From assembly GCA_050730655.1 (NCBI GenBank), contig JBOHNL010000004.1, positions 109,703 to 173,702 on the forward strand: a stretch of 64,000 nt of DNA, written 5' to 3'. The notes under the pieces were generated by a model. That model searched no databases. It was not told the origin of the DNA and saw only the letters and a list, made by a program, of their open reading frames with translations. A program made the translations under genes and the position numbers. Shown piece after piece: positions 49,801 through 57,518 of the stretch; positions within the stretch are counted from its first letter, which is position 1; each line of letters opens with the position of its first letter. This DNA is from Phycisphaerales bacterium. Its GTDB lineage: Bacteria > Planctomycetota > Phycisphaerae > Phycisphaerales > UBA1924.

Positions 49801-49956
49801 GCCGGCACGGCGATGGCGGGATCGGACAACAACACCATGGTCACGCTGATCGATTCGCAGTCGGCGTCGCCGGTTTCTGCGAAGTCGATTCTGTGGGATA
49901 TTGGCAGAGGCCGCGTTGAAGTGCGTGCGGTGTCAACGGTCGTTGCGCCCAAATAG
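46846..49956 (+). CDS. 1036-aa membrane-anchored protein with LptC/LptA (OstA)-like repeated beta-strand pattern
   Basis: TTG start overlaps the kdsD TGA. N-terminal TM segment LVVAVLVALVSAGGLFWI. The protein carries many segments of the type A..L..D.......L.G.V.I..G...L.A..., as in Lpt beta-jellyroll proteins. No known family was confirmed. Confidence 0.6.
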   Translation: MSTPGTKRGRVARGANRADSGSARTNGLVVAVLVALVSAGGLFWIARSPAKSKLEIVKPADLGNAPTADNELNGSDITLQLVDRNDPGRLAAELKLPAIQPLEAKRYSVQTPSGWLFPRDGRVIWIRADKADLFLPNRQQLPERGDFKGNVIVRLFEGPAGRKIDPEKETPLIEAKSEHMAFDGAIGELQIPERIVITGSGISYAGKNIRALFNDPEQRLELLTADASEYLRYDPKRARQAPSLWQSSSAAGAPTSNSQSSLQARQAQSPNSNATGNKPPVASAGVTPPGRESLYRVTAEHEVRATQGQREIKSDLLEVFARLIDNQAPKKPGPIAQAASRQTSDTGSFAIRRVSMQQPEGTPLLRREEIPAADRASNDDPVEILWQGRLEIRPLPAANELLTSNDLAVRFAGTSKRVTIADRGADISGVGDAVTYLDTIREARISSVKPEGVLLRGEKSGRVIASDARMNLASGLADFRGAGRFENLDSDDLAHEAQRSIAWAESAQLTFGLDAKGDPKTLKNAAFHGGVQAKGGQSIAKADAMTAEFDPAFADRPVLQHVNLSGNATATDAQGGGLHAKSVDIRFAAPSALEKEPAAQLLLARGDVEATAKSSTLRAQQLDVQLGNDPEGKISALFVNAREQVQIEGKDGLRAGCDELAADIQTQNAELAGEIVVLAKGDSSVSGRRMKLEGETSRLEVVGEGSFHHEGVSKTGARQVASAKWSEGMTYEDSTGILEARGGAVAEAMPDDRTRDTLQANEVRVKLTATGERHATIDALGTNDKNSDQNIKRDIVSVIAIGQSDAAPAKIESRRYDAPVPQDGDGPMPKLERLLYLESREVQADNSSGTLATPGAGRILIVDRRDASAEKPKTPAAASPVDMGSTGKGQTLFTWRDSMSMNRPTQTIRLNGEVRLTNERPVDRLITQLDCERLTATLLEEARPTGGDPLNESRGQLSRAIAEGNARLKSGTKELLGQIIDYDAIAGTAMAGSDNNTMVTLIDSQSASPVSAKSILWDIGRGRVEVRAVSTVVAPK

Positions 49957-50577
49957 TGCGCTGGGCGAAGGCTCAGCGACCGGTTTGCGGATGGCCTGTG
50001 CGTTTTTCCCGAGCAGGACAAATTCATGCAAAGCGGGTGAATAAACCGCCATGACGTCGATCTGATTGGGCCAAATATTTCCGCCCGACTGGCCTTCCTC
50101 TGAAGCGCCGCCCCAAACCTGAAGCGCAGCGATCCGACGTTCGCTATCGCATATGGGGATAACTGAAAGCACAACGGGGCGCAAAGCCCTGCCTTCCGCA
50201 TCTTTCCCCGCAACGCGAAACCGCGTTTTGGCGATCTCCAGCACGCAGTTTCCTTCGGAATCTGCGTGGAGGGTTGCTTTATGAACGACTCCATCGGATG
50301 TTTCGAACGTTCCAAGGGCTTCGCGGTGGTCTACAGAACGGGTCGCTCTCAACATCAAGCGATGAAACGAGTTTCGATCCGGAGTGCAAGGACCGAGATG
50401 CCGCTGGACTCTCGATGAACCTAGCCGCGATGCGTAAGTCGCCTTCACAACGTTCGAACGGTACATCGCCAAGTTCCGCAGTTTCACCCGGGGCCTGGCA
50501 ATCAGTCCACCCACCAGAACCGTCGTCGGCAACGAACCAGGCGCGTAGTCCGAAGTGAATCGTGTCCGGAATCTCAA
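49933..50577 (-). pseudogene. ORF overlapping the lipoprotein ORF in another frame; either the C-terminal half of a frameshifted gene or an independent ~140-aa gene starting near 50355
   Basis: The distal 135 aa (SVDHREALGTFETSDGVVHKATLHADSEGNCVLEIAK...) look protein-like. The proximal part overlaps 50279..50788 by 300 nt. Confidence 0.35.
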
Positions 50578-50788
50578 CTTGCGCTCTTCCCCGATCGTCC
50601 GTCATCATGATCGCTGATCGAATACCGGCTCGCATCACATAGGTGCGCGGCTCGATGTTGATGACGGCATTCGAACACGGACGTCCCGAGGAATCATGAA
50701 TCTCCAGCGTCAGCGGCTTGTACGAAATACAGCCGGGGATGAGCAATAGCGCGATCCATGTCAACACGCTACGAGCATACCTGCGCAT
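50279..50788 (-). CDS. hypothetical lipoprotein (N-terminal part convincing, C-terminal ~40 aa look non-coding)
   Basis: MRRYARSVLTWIALLLIPGC-ISY carries a lipobox, followed by a carboxypeptidase-regulatory-like beta segment. The local GC is only about 53-60%. Confidence 0.5.
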   Translation of the reverse strand: MRRYARSVLTWIALLLIPGCISYKPLTLEIHDSSGRPCSNAVINIEPRTYVMRAGIRSAIMMTDDRGRAQVEIPDTIHFGLRAWFVADDGSGGWTDCQAPGETAELGDVPFERCEGDLRIAARFIESPAASRSLHSGSKLVSSLDVESDPFCRPPRSPWNVRNIRWSRS

Positions 50789-50829
50789 ATCGGTTTCCAG
50801 TATTGCCCGACCTGCGATCCGCTACGTAT

Positions 50830-51399
50830 TCACGCCGACGTGCGATCGACAATGTTGTACGACTCGCGCTCGCCTCTCCCGCGCACCGGATAATCCTTGC
50901 GGAGCGGGTGCGCCGGGTAGTCTTCCCACGTCAGGATGCGACGCAGGTCGGGATGGTTCTTGAAGCGAATCCCGAACATGTCGAAGACTTCGCGTTCGGT
51001 CCATTCCGCGCCCGGCCAGAGATCGCAGACGCTGTCGACAACCAGGCCGGGATCGTTCACGATGCCGTCGGTCGGGAGCGTCGGATCCACATAGATCTTG
51101 ACAAAGAAGCGGTCATCGCGAGAGTGGCTCAGCAGGTTGTACACAACCGCGAAACGTCCGGGCTGCGCCGATGGATAGTTCAGATAATCGATCCCAATCA
51201 CGTCGGACAGGAAGTTGTAGTCGCAGGCTGGATCGCTCTTGAGGAAGGCCATGACTTCGTGCGCATCGGCCGCGCTGACGATCAGCGTTGACTGGCCCCG
51301 GAACTCAGTCGCGCGGAACGACTTCGACGGGAACTTGCCCTTAAGGACCTTAAACGTTGGATGATCGAGCGTCGGGCCATTTGTCGAGGGGGTGGACAT
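50830..51399 (-). CDS. nuoC: NADH-quinone oxidoreductase subunit C
   Basis: DYNFLSDVIGIDYL...RFAVVYNLLS...LWPGAEWTEREVFDMFGIRFKNHPDLRRIL is the NuoC/Nqo5 signature. Confidence 0.85.
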   Translation of the reverse strand: MSTPSTNGPTLDHPTFKVLKGKFPSKSFRATEFRGQSTLIVSAADAHEVMAFLKSDPACDYNFLSDVIGIDYLNYPSAQPGRFAVVYNLLSHSRDDRFFVKIYVDPTLPTDGIVNDPGLVVDSVCDLWPGAEWTEREVFDMFGIRFKNHPDLRRILTWEDYPAHPLRKDYPVRGRGERESYNIVDRTSA

Positions 51400-51429
51400 G
51401 TTGCTTTCCTTGGCCGGAGGGTAGCCGAT

Positions 51430-52200
51430 TCAGCGAAGCTCGAGGATTGCCAGAACGGGCGCGGGCGAATCGCCTCGAATCACAACGGGTTTTCCCAACT
51501 CCGCCGCCAATTGTGCGAGCAGCGCGTAGGGCGCGAGATCGCTCTGCTGTGATTCGCCGCCGACCGCTGCCCCGAAGCAGACTGCCCGCACGGCCGACAT
51601 GGGCACGACTTCCCGCAGTCGCTCGACAAAGTCCGTCAATCGAAACTGCTCGTCCTTCGGAAAAATCGCGGGTGGCTCGAGGAAGATCCCGACGCTCTCG
51701 TGCTTGCGCGAAACTGAGAGCAACCCGGGAATATCCGAAACCAGCGAGCCGAGCCGTGGCCAGACCAGCAACTCCGCGTCGCGCGCGAGACAGACTTCTA
51801 CCAGGGCCCTCATTCCATCGTCGAGCGACTCCTTGCCACGGCCGGACCACGCATGAAAGCCATGTTCGATGTCGTCCTCAGTTCGATCGACCGGCAACTC
51901 GCCGGCGCGAACGACCACACGAACCACATGACCACTCCCGGTACCGGCCAACATTTTTTCGGCCGCCTCGCGCACACCGACATCCGCGATCGCGAAGGGC
52001 GCAATCTCTGCCCATACCTCACCCGTTCGGGCGTTTCGAACGTGTAACTCGGGGGGCGTCAGGGTGAGGTAGTCCACGCAGGTAGCGTAGTTCAAAGTCG
52101 CGAAGCCGCGTCCGCCGATGCTTGAAACGTCAGCGATTTCGATCGACTGGCAAGCGCTTTGCGGAGCAGGCGTATCACCAACGAAGATGACGATTGCCAC
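51430..52200 (-). CDS. hypothetical protein (256 aa)
   Basis: Long ORF co-directional with nuoC, ending 30 nt upstream of it. No motif recognised. Confidence 0.5.
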   Translation of the reverse strand: MAIVIFVGDTPAPQSACQSIEIADVSSIGGRGFATLNYATCVDYLTLTPPELHVRNARTGEVWAEIAPFAIADVGVREAAEKMLAGTGSGHVVRVVVRAGELPVDRTEDDIEHGFHAWSGRGKESLDDGMRALVEVCLARDAELLVWPRLGSLVSDIPGLLSVSRKHESVGIFLEPPAIFPKDEQFRLTDFVERLREVVPMSAVRAVCFGAAVGGESQQSDLAPYALLAQLAAELGKPVVIRGDSPAPVLAILELR

Positions 52201-52232
52201 GGAGTGTGGCCTCGGCGTCCGGGAGATATGTC

Positions 52233-52490
52233 ATGGTCGCCCAAAGCCCCACCGCTACCCAATCTGCCACACGCGAAGATCTCGGCGATTTCACGACCCC
52301 GCAGCTCGTTGAACAGATCATCGAGATCAACCCGACCGCGAGCACGGCCTATCTCCATCAGTTCGGCCGGGGCGAACTCCGCGAATATCTCGAGCATCTT
52401 TTGTTTGCCCAGCGCCCGCGTGGACGCGACGCGGTCTGGACGCGCCCGGCAGAGGCACACGGCATTCTCTTCGCCGAAGCGAACGACTGA
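52233..52490 (+). CDS. small hypothetical protein (85 aa)
   Basis: GGGAGA lies 6 nt before the ATG at 52233. Product begins MVAQSPTATQSATREDLGDFTTPQLVEQIIEINPTASTAYLHQF.... Confidence 0.35.
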   Translation: MVAQSPTATQSATREDLGDFTTPQLVEQIIEINPTASTAYLHQFGRGELREYLEHLLFAQRPRGRDAVWTRPAEAHGILFAEAND

Positions 52491-52644
52491 TCCGGCAATT
52501 GTCGCCGATCGCCGTCCGTCGCCTGCGCTGAACGTGCGCCAAAATGCGCGCGTTGTTTATTCGGACTCAATTCGATTCCTGGTCAGGTCGATCTGCGGGA
52601 AGACCGGCGGCAGGCTGCCGACGCGGTCGCACAGGAGATCGATC

Positions 52645-54003
52645 ATGCGTCTTTCCGCCACTCTCGCGCGCCTCGTCCTTGCCGGTACCGCTGCTGGAAT
52701 CGCGTCCTGCGGCACGTCCATGGTCTCCAAAGGCGAACGCTCCAGTGACGGCCATGCTGCCGTCTACGCCACCGAAGCGGAAATGACTGCCGCTCACAAA
52801 TCCGGTGATGCCGAAGTTTTCCCGCCCCAGAACGCATCCGCCCAGCCGATTTCAGCGCAACCAGCAGCGCTCGGGGGCGAACCGATAGCCATGTTCGCGC
52901 AGCGGCCCGAAACCGATCGCGCACTGGTTCCCGACTCGGCTCCGGCTCGCCGCGAACGATTCGCCGAGACCGGCCCGGTCAGCACCGACGGCTTGACCCA
53001 GATCTCCTTCGCGCAGGAAGGCGAAGACTTTGACCCGACGCTCACGCCCGATGGCAAGCAGGTTGTTTTCGCCAGCACACAGCATCGCGCGACGAGCGAT
53101 ATTTTCGTCAAGCCTGTGAATGGCAGCGTCATCACGCAGCTTACGAACGATCCTTCTGACGATTCGATGCCGGCCGTCAGCCCCGATGCGAAGCGCATCG
53201 CGTTTACCAGCAACCGTGCCGGCCCTTGGAACATCTACGTCATGCCGATGTCGGGTGGCAAACCTGTGCAGATCACGGCGACTGCCGCTCATGACCTGCA
53301 TCCGTCGTGGTCGCCCGATGGAACCAAGCTTGTTTTCTGCCGCCTCGGTGAAGTTTCGCGCCGCTGGGAACTCTGGATGGTTGAAGCCGCGAATCCGAGC
53401 TCGGGCAGCTTCCTCGGCTATGGCATGCTCCCGCAGTGGTGCCCGAAGGCCGGAACCGGCGCTTCGGGTGGCGATCGAATTCTCTTCCAACTTCCGCGCG
53501 AGCGCGGCGCTCGCACGTTTGGCGTGTGGGCCATGGATTTCAAGGACGGCGCCACCAGCAACCCGATGGCGATCGTGACGAGCAACAACTCGGCGCTGAT
53601 CAACCCGGCCTGGTCGCCCGACGGCCGTTTCATCGTCTACGCCGAAGTGCCCGCTCCTGCCGGCCGCGTTGAGATCAACCAGACTCGACCGACTCAGTCG
53701 GATCTCTGGATGATCGCGGCGGATGGCTCAGCGAAGGTTCGCCTGACCGACGGCAATGCCGTCGCACTGATGCCGAGCTGGGGCGTCGACAATCGCCTGG
53801 TGTTCTTCAGCGACCGTGGTGGGCGCGGCAACGTTTGGACCATGGATACCAGGTCCGCGGCCTTGGCGTGCAGCAGCTTTGTTCCGGCCGCGACGGCAGC
53901 GGTCCCGCAAACGCAGCCGGTCGTCGAGACCGCCGCGGCGACGCAGCATGCGGCGCCCCAGGTGGTTGAGCATGTCGCCGCCGTCGAAGAAGAAAAACAC
54001 TGA
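52645..54003 (+). CDS. TolB-like beta-propeller lipoprotein (PD40/WD40-like repeats)
   Basis: AGGAG lies 7 nt before the ATG at 52645. Lipobox LAGTAAGIASC. Repeated (S/T)PDG(K/T)..(V/F) motifs are present (TPDGKQVVF, SPDAKRIAF, SPDGTKLVF, SPDGRFIVY). Confidence 0.8.
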   Translation: MRLSATLARLVLAGTAAGIASCGTSMVSKGERSSDGHAAVYATEAEMTAAHKSGDAEVFPPQNASAQPISAQPAALGGEPIAMFAQRPETDRALVPDSAPARRERFAETGPVSTDGLTQISFAQEGEDFDPTLTPDGKQVVFASTQHRATSDIFVKPVNGSVITQLTNDPSDDSMPAVSPDAKRIAFTSNRAGPWNIYVMPMSGGKPVQITATAAHDLHPSWSPDGTKLVFCRLGEVSRRWELWMVEAANPSSGSFLGYGMLPQWCPKAGTGASGGDRILFQLPRERGARTFGVWAMDFKDGATSNPMAIVTSNNSALINPAWSPDGRFIVYAEVPAPAGRVEINQTRPTQSDLWMIAADGSAKVRLTDGNAVALMPSWGVDNRLVFFSDRGGRGNVWTMDTRSAALACSSFVPAATAAVPQTQPVVETAAATQHAAPQVVEHVAAVEEEKH

Positions 54004-54043
54004 CACCAGCAATTCGCCCGAAGGCGATTCACAGACCGATAAG

Positions 54044-54082
54044 GACGAGTGTCCGGATCACCCGGGCACTCGTCTTTTTTCG
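54044..54082 (+). terminator. strong intrinsic terminator
   Basis: GACGAGTGTCCGG-atcac-CCGGGCACTCGTC forms a 13-bp stem followed by TTTTTTCGTATTT. Confidence 0.8.
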
Positions 54083-54110
54083 TATTTGAACGCGCTACCC
54101 GGAGGGTGAC

Positions 54111-54935
54111 GTGCAGCAGCGGATCGGATCGTTAAGTCGTGTTTTTGCGGTCGCTTGTATCGCGATGTGGGCTGCTTCGCTGATTGGCTGTCAGGCCAAG
54201 CCCGAACTCGACGCCCCGCGATTTACCATCAGCCCGTACGACCAGTCGCATGGTGAGTTGCTGTGGGCAGTTGCGCCCTTGCGGAATGAATCCGCCACCA
54301 CCACCGTCGATCCGCTTGCCATGAGCGACAAGATTGTCGAGGCACTCGAACAGGTGCACGGCATTCGGGCTCTCCCGATGAATCGCACGCTCGAAACCAT
54401 GCGTGCGATCAGGATGCCGATGCTCCGAACTCCGGCCGACGCCAACAAGCTTGCAGAGGCTCTTGGCGTCGATGCCCTCGTTGTCGGGGCAATCACGGCG
54501 TACGACCCCTACGACCCGCGGCTGGGCCTTGCGTTGACCGTCGTCCCCAGGACGTCGGCGATGAACGGGCTAGCCCAGGTCGATACCGGCAAGCTTGATG
54601 CTCGAGCGGTGCAAACCAGCACAACAGAAATCACGCAGCAATTTGCTGTCCTCGGCGAGCCGACCTCGTCGGCTTCTCTGCTCTTTGACGGCAAGAACCA
54701 AGCAGTCCAGATGGACGTCCGCACCTATGCCGAAGGGCGGGCAGAGCGGGTGTCTGCCGCGGGATGGCGCCGGTACCTCCGCAGCGTCGACCTTTTCGCT
54801 GAATTCGCCGCGTATCGCACGGTGGATCAGCTGGTTCAGGCCGAGACGCTGCGGCTGGCGAAGCTCCATCCAAAGCCCAAACAAATTGAAACAGCAAAGT
54901 CCGAGAAATCGACCGCAAGCGCGGCTGGGCATTGA
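54111..54935 (+). CDS. hypothetical lipoprotein, CsgG/LpoB/TolB-N-like pattern
   Basis: GTG start. Lipobox AASLIGC-QAK. LWAVAPLRNESATTTVDPLAMSDKIVEALEQVHGIRALPMNR...ALVVGAITAYDP resembles the small alpha/beta lipoprotein fold of CsgG/LpoB-type proteins. This is a weak call. Confidence 0.55.
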   Translation: MQQRIGSLSRVFAVACIAMWAASLIGCQAKPELDAPRFTISPYDQSHGELLWAVAPLRNESATTTVDPLAMSDKIVEALEQVHGIRALPMNRTLETMRAIRMPMLRTPADANKLAEALGVDALVVGAITAYDPYDPRLGLALTVVPRTSAMNGLAQVDTGKLDARAVQTSTTEITQQFAVLGEPTSSASLLFDGKNQAVQMDVRTYAEGRAERVSAAGWRRYLRSVDLFAEFAAYRTVDQLVQAETLRLAKLHPKPKQIETAKSEKSTASAAGH

Positions 54936-55213
54936 GGTTGCAAACGCAAGTCCTTGCTCAACAAAGCGTTAAGTTACCAAAATCTGACGGGTCCGAGAAA
55001 CCTTTGAGGGCGTCTCGTCCGTATAAGCTTTCGGGAAATATGTTGGTCCGACAAGACTTACGTCCTTCCGGTACGACGGTGTTCAGCCAGAGGGGGCGAG
55101 AACCGATTGAGAGACTGCCATTGAGGTTCTGCCGTCGACTCGTGACGTGCGTTATCCGCCGAGCAAAGTCCGCTAGCAGGGGTTGAACCCTGCCGCGGCC
55201 CGGAGAGTTTCCG

Positions 55214-56248
55214 ATGTCCACACTTCCGATTATCCAGATGTTCACCAGCTACCTTGGCGACGAGCGCCATTTCAGCCCGTACACCGCGCGCTGCTATGGG
55301 GCCGACTTGCGTCAGTACGTCGAGTACCTGACGAAGGAATTCGCGATCAAGGCGGGCGAAGAGCAGGAAAAGAACGCGACGAACAAGGTGACGGAGCAGG
55401 CCCGCACGGGTCAGCGTCCGACCGTTTCCGGCGCAGATTTCCACCCGGCCAATCTCACTGACGCGATTTGCCAGGCTTCGGCGGATGTCATCCGCGGATT
55501 CCTCGCTCACCTTGGTGAAAACCAGTACTCTGCCGCAACGATGGCGCGCAAGATTGCGACGCTTCGTTCGTTCTACAAGTGGGCCGATCGGCGGGGCGTT
55601 GCTTCGGGCAACCCGATGACACTGATCCGCACGCCCCGCCAGGGCAAGCGCCTTCCGAAGGCGATCTCGATCGAACAGGTTGAGAAGCTTCTCGCGGCAC
55701 CGGACGACAACGATGTACTCGGTCGTCGCGATCGCGCGATGCTCGAGACGCTCTATTCGACCGGCCTGCGCGTCAGCGAACTCATCGGCCTCGAAGTCGA
55801 AGACCTCGACATCGCGGGCGAAGCGCTGCATGTGCGGGGCAAGGGCAAGAAGGAACGCATCGTTCCGCTCGGCAGCCATGCCATCGGCGCGATCAATCGC
55901 TACGCCGAACTGGTGCGCAATGACCCACGGTTCACGAACTGCTGGAACCAGGATCGCAAGACCCGTCCGCTCTTTGTGAACAAGCATGGCGGCCGGCTCA
56001 GCAGCCGTTCGGTTCGCCGCAAGCTCGACAAGTATCTCAAGCAGGTCGGCCTGGATCCGACCATCAGCCCGCACACGCTTCGCCACAGCTTTGCGACGCA
56101 CCTTCTGGACAACGGCGCGGATCTGCGCAGCGTTCAGGAGTTGCTTGGCCACCAGTCGCTCAGCACGACGCAGGTGTACACGCATCTCACGGCCCAGCGC
56201 ATGCAGGACGCGTATAACCGCGCCCACCCGCGTGCGCAGGCAAGCTGA
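55214..56248 (+). CDS. tyrosine recombinase, XerC/XerD family
   Basis: HTLRHSFATHLLDNGADLRSVQELLGHQSLSTTQVYTH with the catalytic R..HxxR..Y pattern. The N-terminal SAM-like domain carries an ~40-aa insertion. Confidence 0.9.
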   Translation: MSTLPIIQMFTSYLGDERHFSPYTARCYGADLRQYVEYLTKEFAIKAGEEQEKNATNKVTEQARTGQRPTVSGADFHPANLTDAICQASADVIRGFLAHLGENQYSAATMARKIATLRSFYKWADRRGVASGNPMTLIRTPRQGKRLPKAISIEQVEKLLAAPDDNDVLGRRDRAMLETLYSTGLRVSELIGLEVEDLDIAGEALHVRGKGKKERIVPLGSHAIGAINRYAELVRNDPRFTNCWNQDRKTRPLFVNKHGGRLSSRSVRRKLDKYLKQVGLDPTISPHTLRHSFATHLLDNGADLRSVQELLGHQSLSTTQVYTHLTAQRMQDAYNRAHPRAQAS

Positions 56249-56256
56249 AGCGGCGT

Positions 56257-57513
56257 CTACTTCAGCGTTTCAAGAACGTCGCGGATCTTCTTTTCGGTCG
56301 ATTCCAGATCGCCCAAAGTGATGATCGCGCGCACGATGCGGGACTTATCGAGAATAACGACGCCGCCCGGACCGCCGCCGAGGATTGGGTCGTAGTCGAA
56401 CGTCTGCGACACAGCCACCAGCGGCATGTTGTCGGGCTCACTCAAAACCGAGCTTTCGGTCGGGTCAAAAGCGGTGAGCAGAATGGACGTGATCTCGAGT
56501 TTGAGCCCTTCGGGCGGGATAATTGCGATGCTCCTCGCGATCCATCGATCCTTTGAGCCGCCTTCGAGCCGTCGCACGAGTTGTCGCGCGACACGAGTGT
56601 CACGCGACAACTCGTGCGACGCCTGATCGCGAATTTCAGGCGTGGAGTCGTCAAGCTTGCTGGTGTCAACCTGCGAAAAGACGAGAACCGAAGCGAGATC
56701 GTCTCGAACTTCTTTCCACTGCGAGAGCCCTGTAGTTAGCAGGGTCATCGTCGGAGGGAACTGTGCTCCCACGCGAACCTGATCGACTTCCGTCGTTAGA
56801 TCGGAGAGAGCGTCGACCCGCTGGCGCCCCGCGATATCGAGCATCCAAGACTCGGACTCACCCGGACTGATCGAGCGCGCGGTCATGTCGATGTTTCGGA
56901 TCGGGCCGGAAGCCGAGGCGACCTGCAGCGACGCGAGGCGTCCGGAGTTGCGATCGACCAGCATCTTCATTGTCGAGTCGCCCGATGCGCCGTTAAACAG
57001 AAGTCGGCCGGTGGGTCGATCGACAACTCCGGGCTCCCAGTGCACCTGAGCGCCGGCGGGCAGCAGTCCGAGATCGTCAAGCCGGTTGGTGCCACGATCG
57101 GCAAGCACGAGTTGGGGAAGCATGAGCGCGGGCATGACGGACTCAAGGGACGCCAAAAGAGGTCCCTTCGCCAGCGTGAACTCGGCGAAGCGATTTTTTT
57201 CCAGCCGGTGCATCGCGACCATTTTGTCGCCCTCGATGCTGATTGAAAGTTCGCCCAAATCGAATCGGGCGCGCAGCGGACCTTGATCCCCGCCCGCGTC
57301 CACTTTCACGACGATCTCAGACCGGCGCTCATGCCCGTGATCGTCTTTGACGCGAATCTGAAGGCCTTCCGCGACCGGCCCCGACCTGTACGCGCGAATT
57401 GTCTTGTCGAAAGGAACCTGCTCGACGGTCGCCTGCTGGGGAACCGGCGGCTGGGCCGGCGCCAAACTCGGAACAGAAACCAGCACAAGTCCTGCGAGCA
57501 GACACCGCACCAT
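56257..57513 (-). CDS. secreted hypothetical protein (418 aa)
   Basis: ORF 56257..57600. The ATG at 57513 gives the signal peptide MVRCLLAGLVLVSVPSLAPAQ. No family recognised. Confidence 0.6.
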   Translation of the reverse strand: MVRCLLAGLVLVSVPSLAPAQPPVPQQATVEQVPFDKTIRAYRSGPVAEGLQIRVKDDHGHERRSEIVVKVDAGGDQGPLRARFDLGELSISIEGDKMVAMHRLEKNRFAEFTLAKGPLLASLESVMPALMLPQLVLADRGTNRLDDLGLLPAGAQVHWEPGVVDRPTGRLLFNGASGDSTMKMLVDRNSGRLASLQVASASGPIRNIDMTARSISPGESESWMLDIAGRQRVDALSDLTTEVDQVRVGAQFPPTMTLLTTGLSQWKEVRDDLASVLVFSQVDTSKLDDSTPEIRDQASHELSRDTRVARQLVRRLEGGSKDRWIARSIAIIPPEGLKLEITSILLTAFDPTESSVLSEPDNMPLVAVSQTFDYDPILGGGPGGVVILDKSRIVRAIITLGDLESTEKKIRDVLETLK

Positions 57514-57518
57514 AAAGG

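Noticed and set aside
55214-56248. The tyrosine recombinase as the integrase of an integrated mobile element.
   Set aside because: It has the XerC/XerD-type sequence (HTLRHSFATHLL...LLGHQSLSTTQVYTH). There is no adjacent tRNA, direct repeats, excisionase or phage/ICE cargo, and the flanking genes are housekeeping. The only tRNA in the window is 40 kb away.
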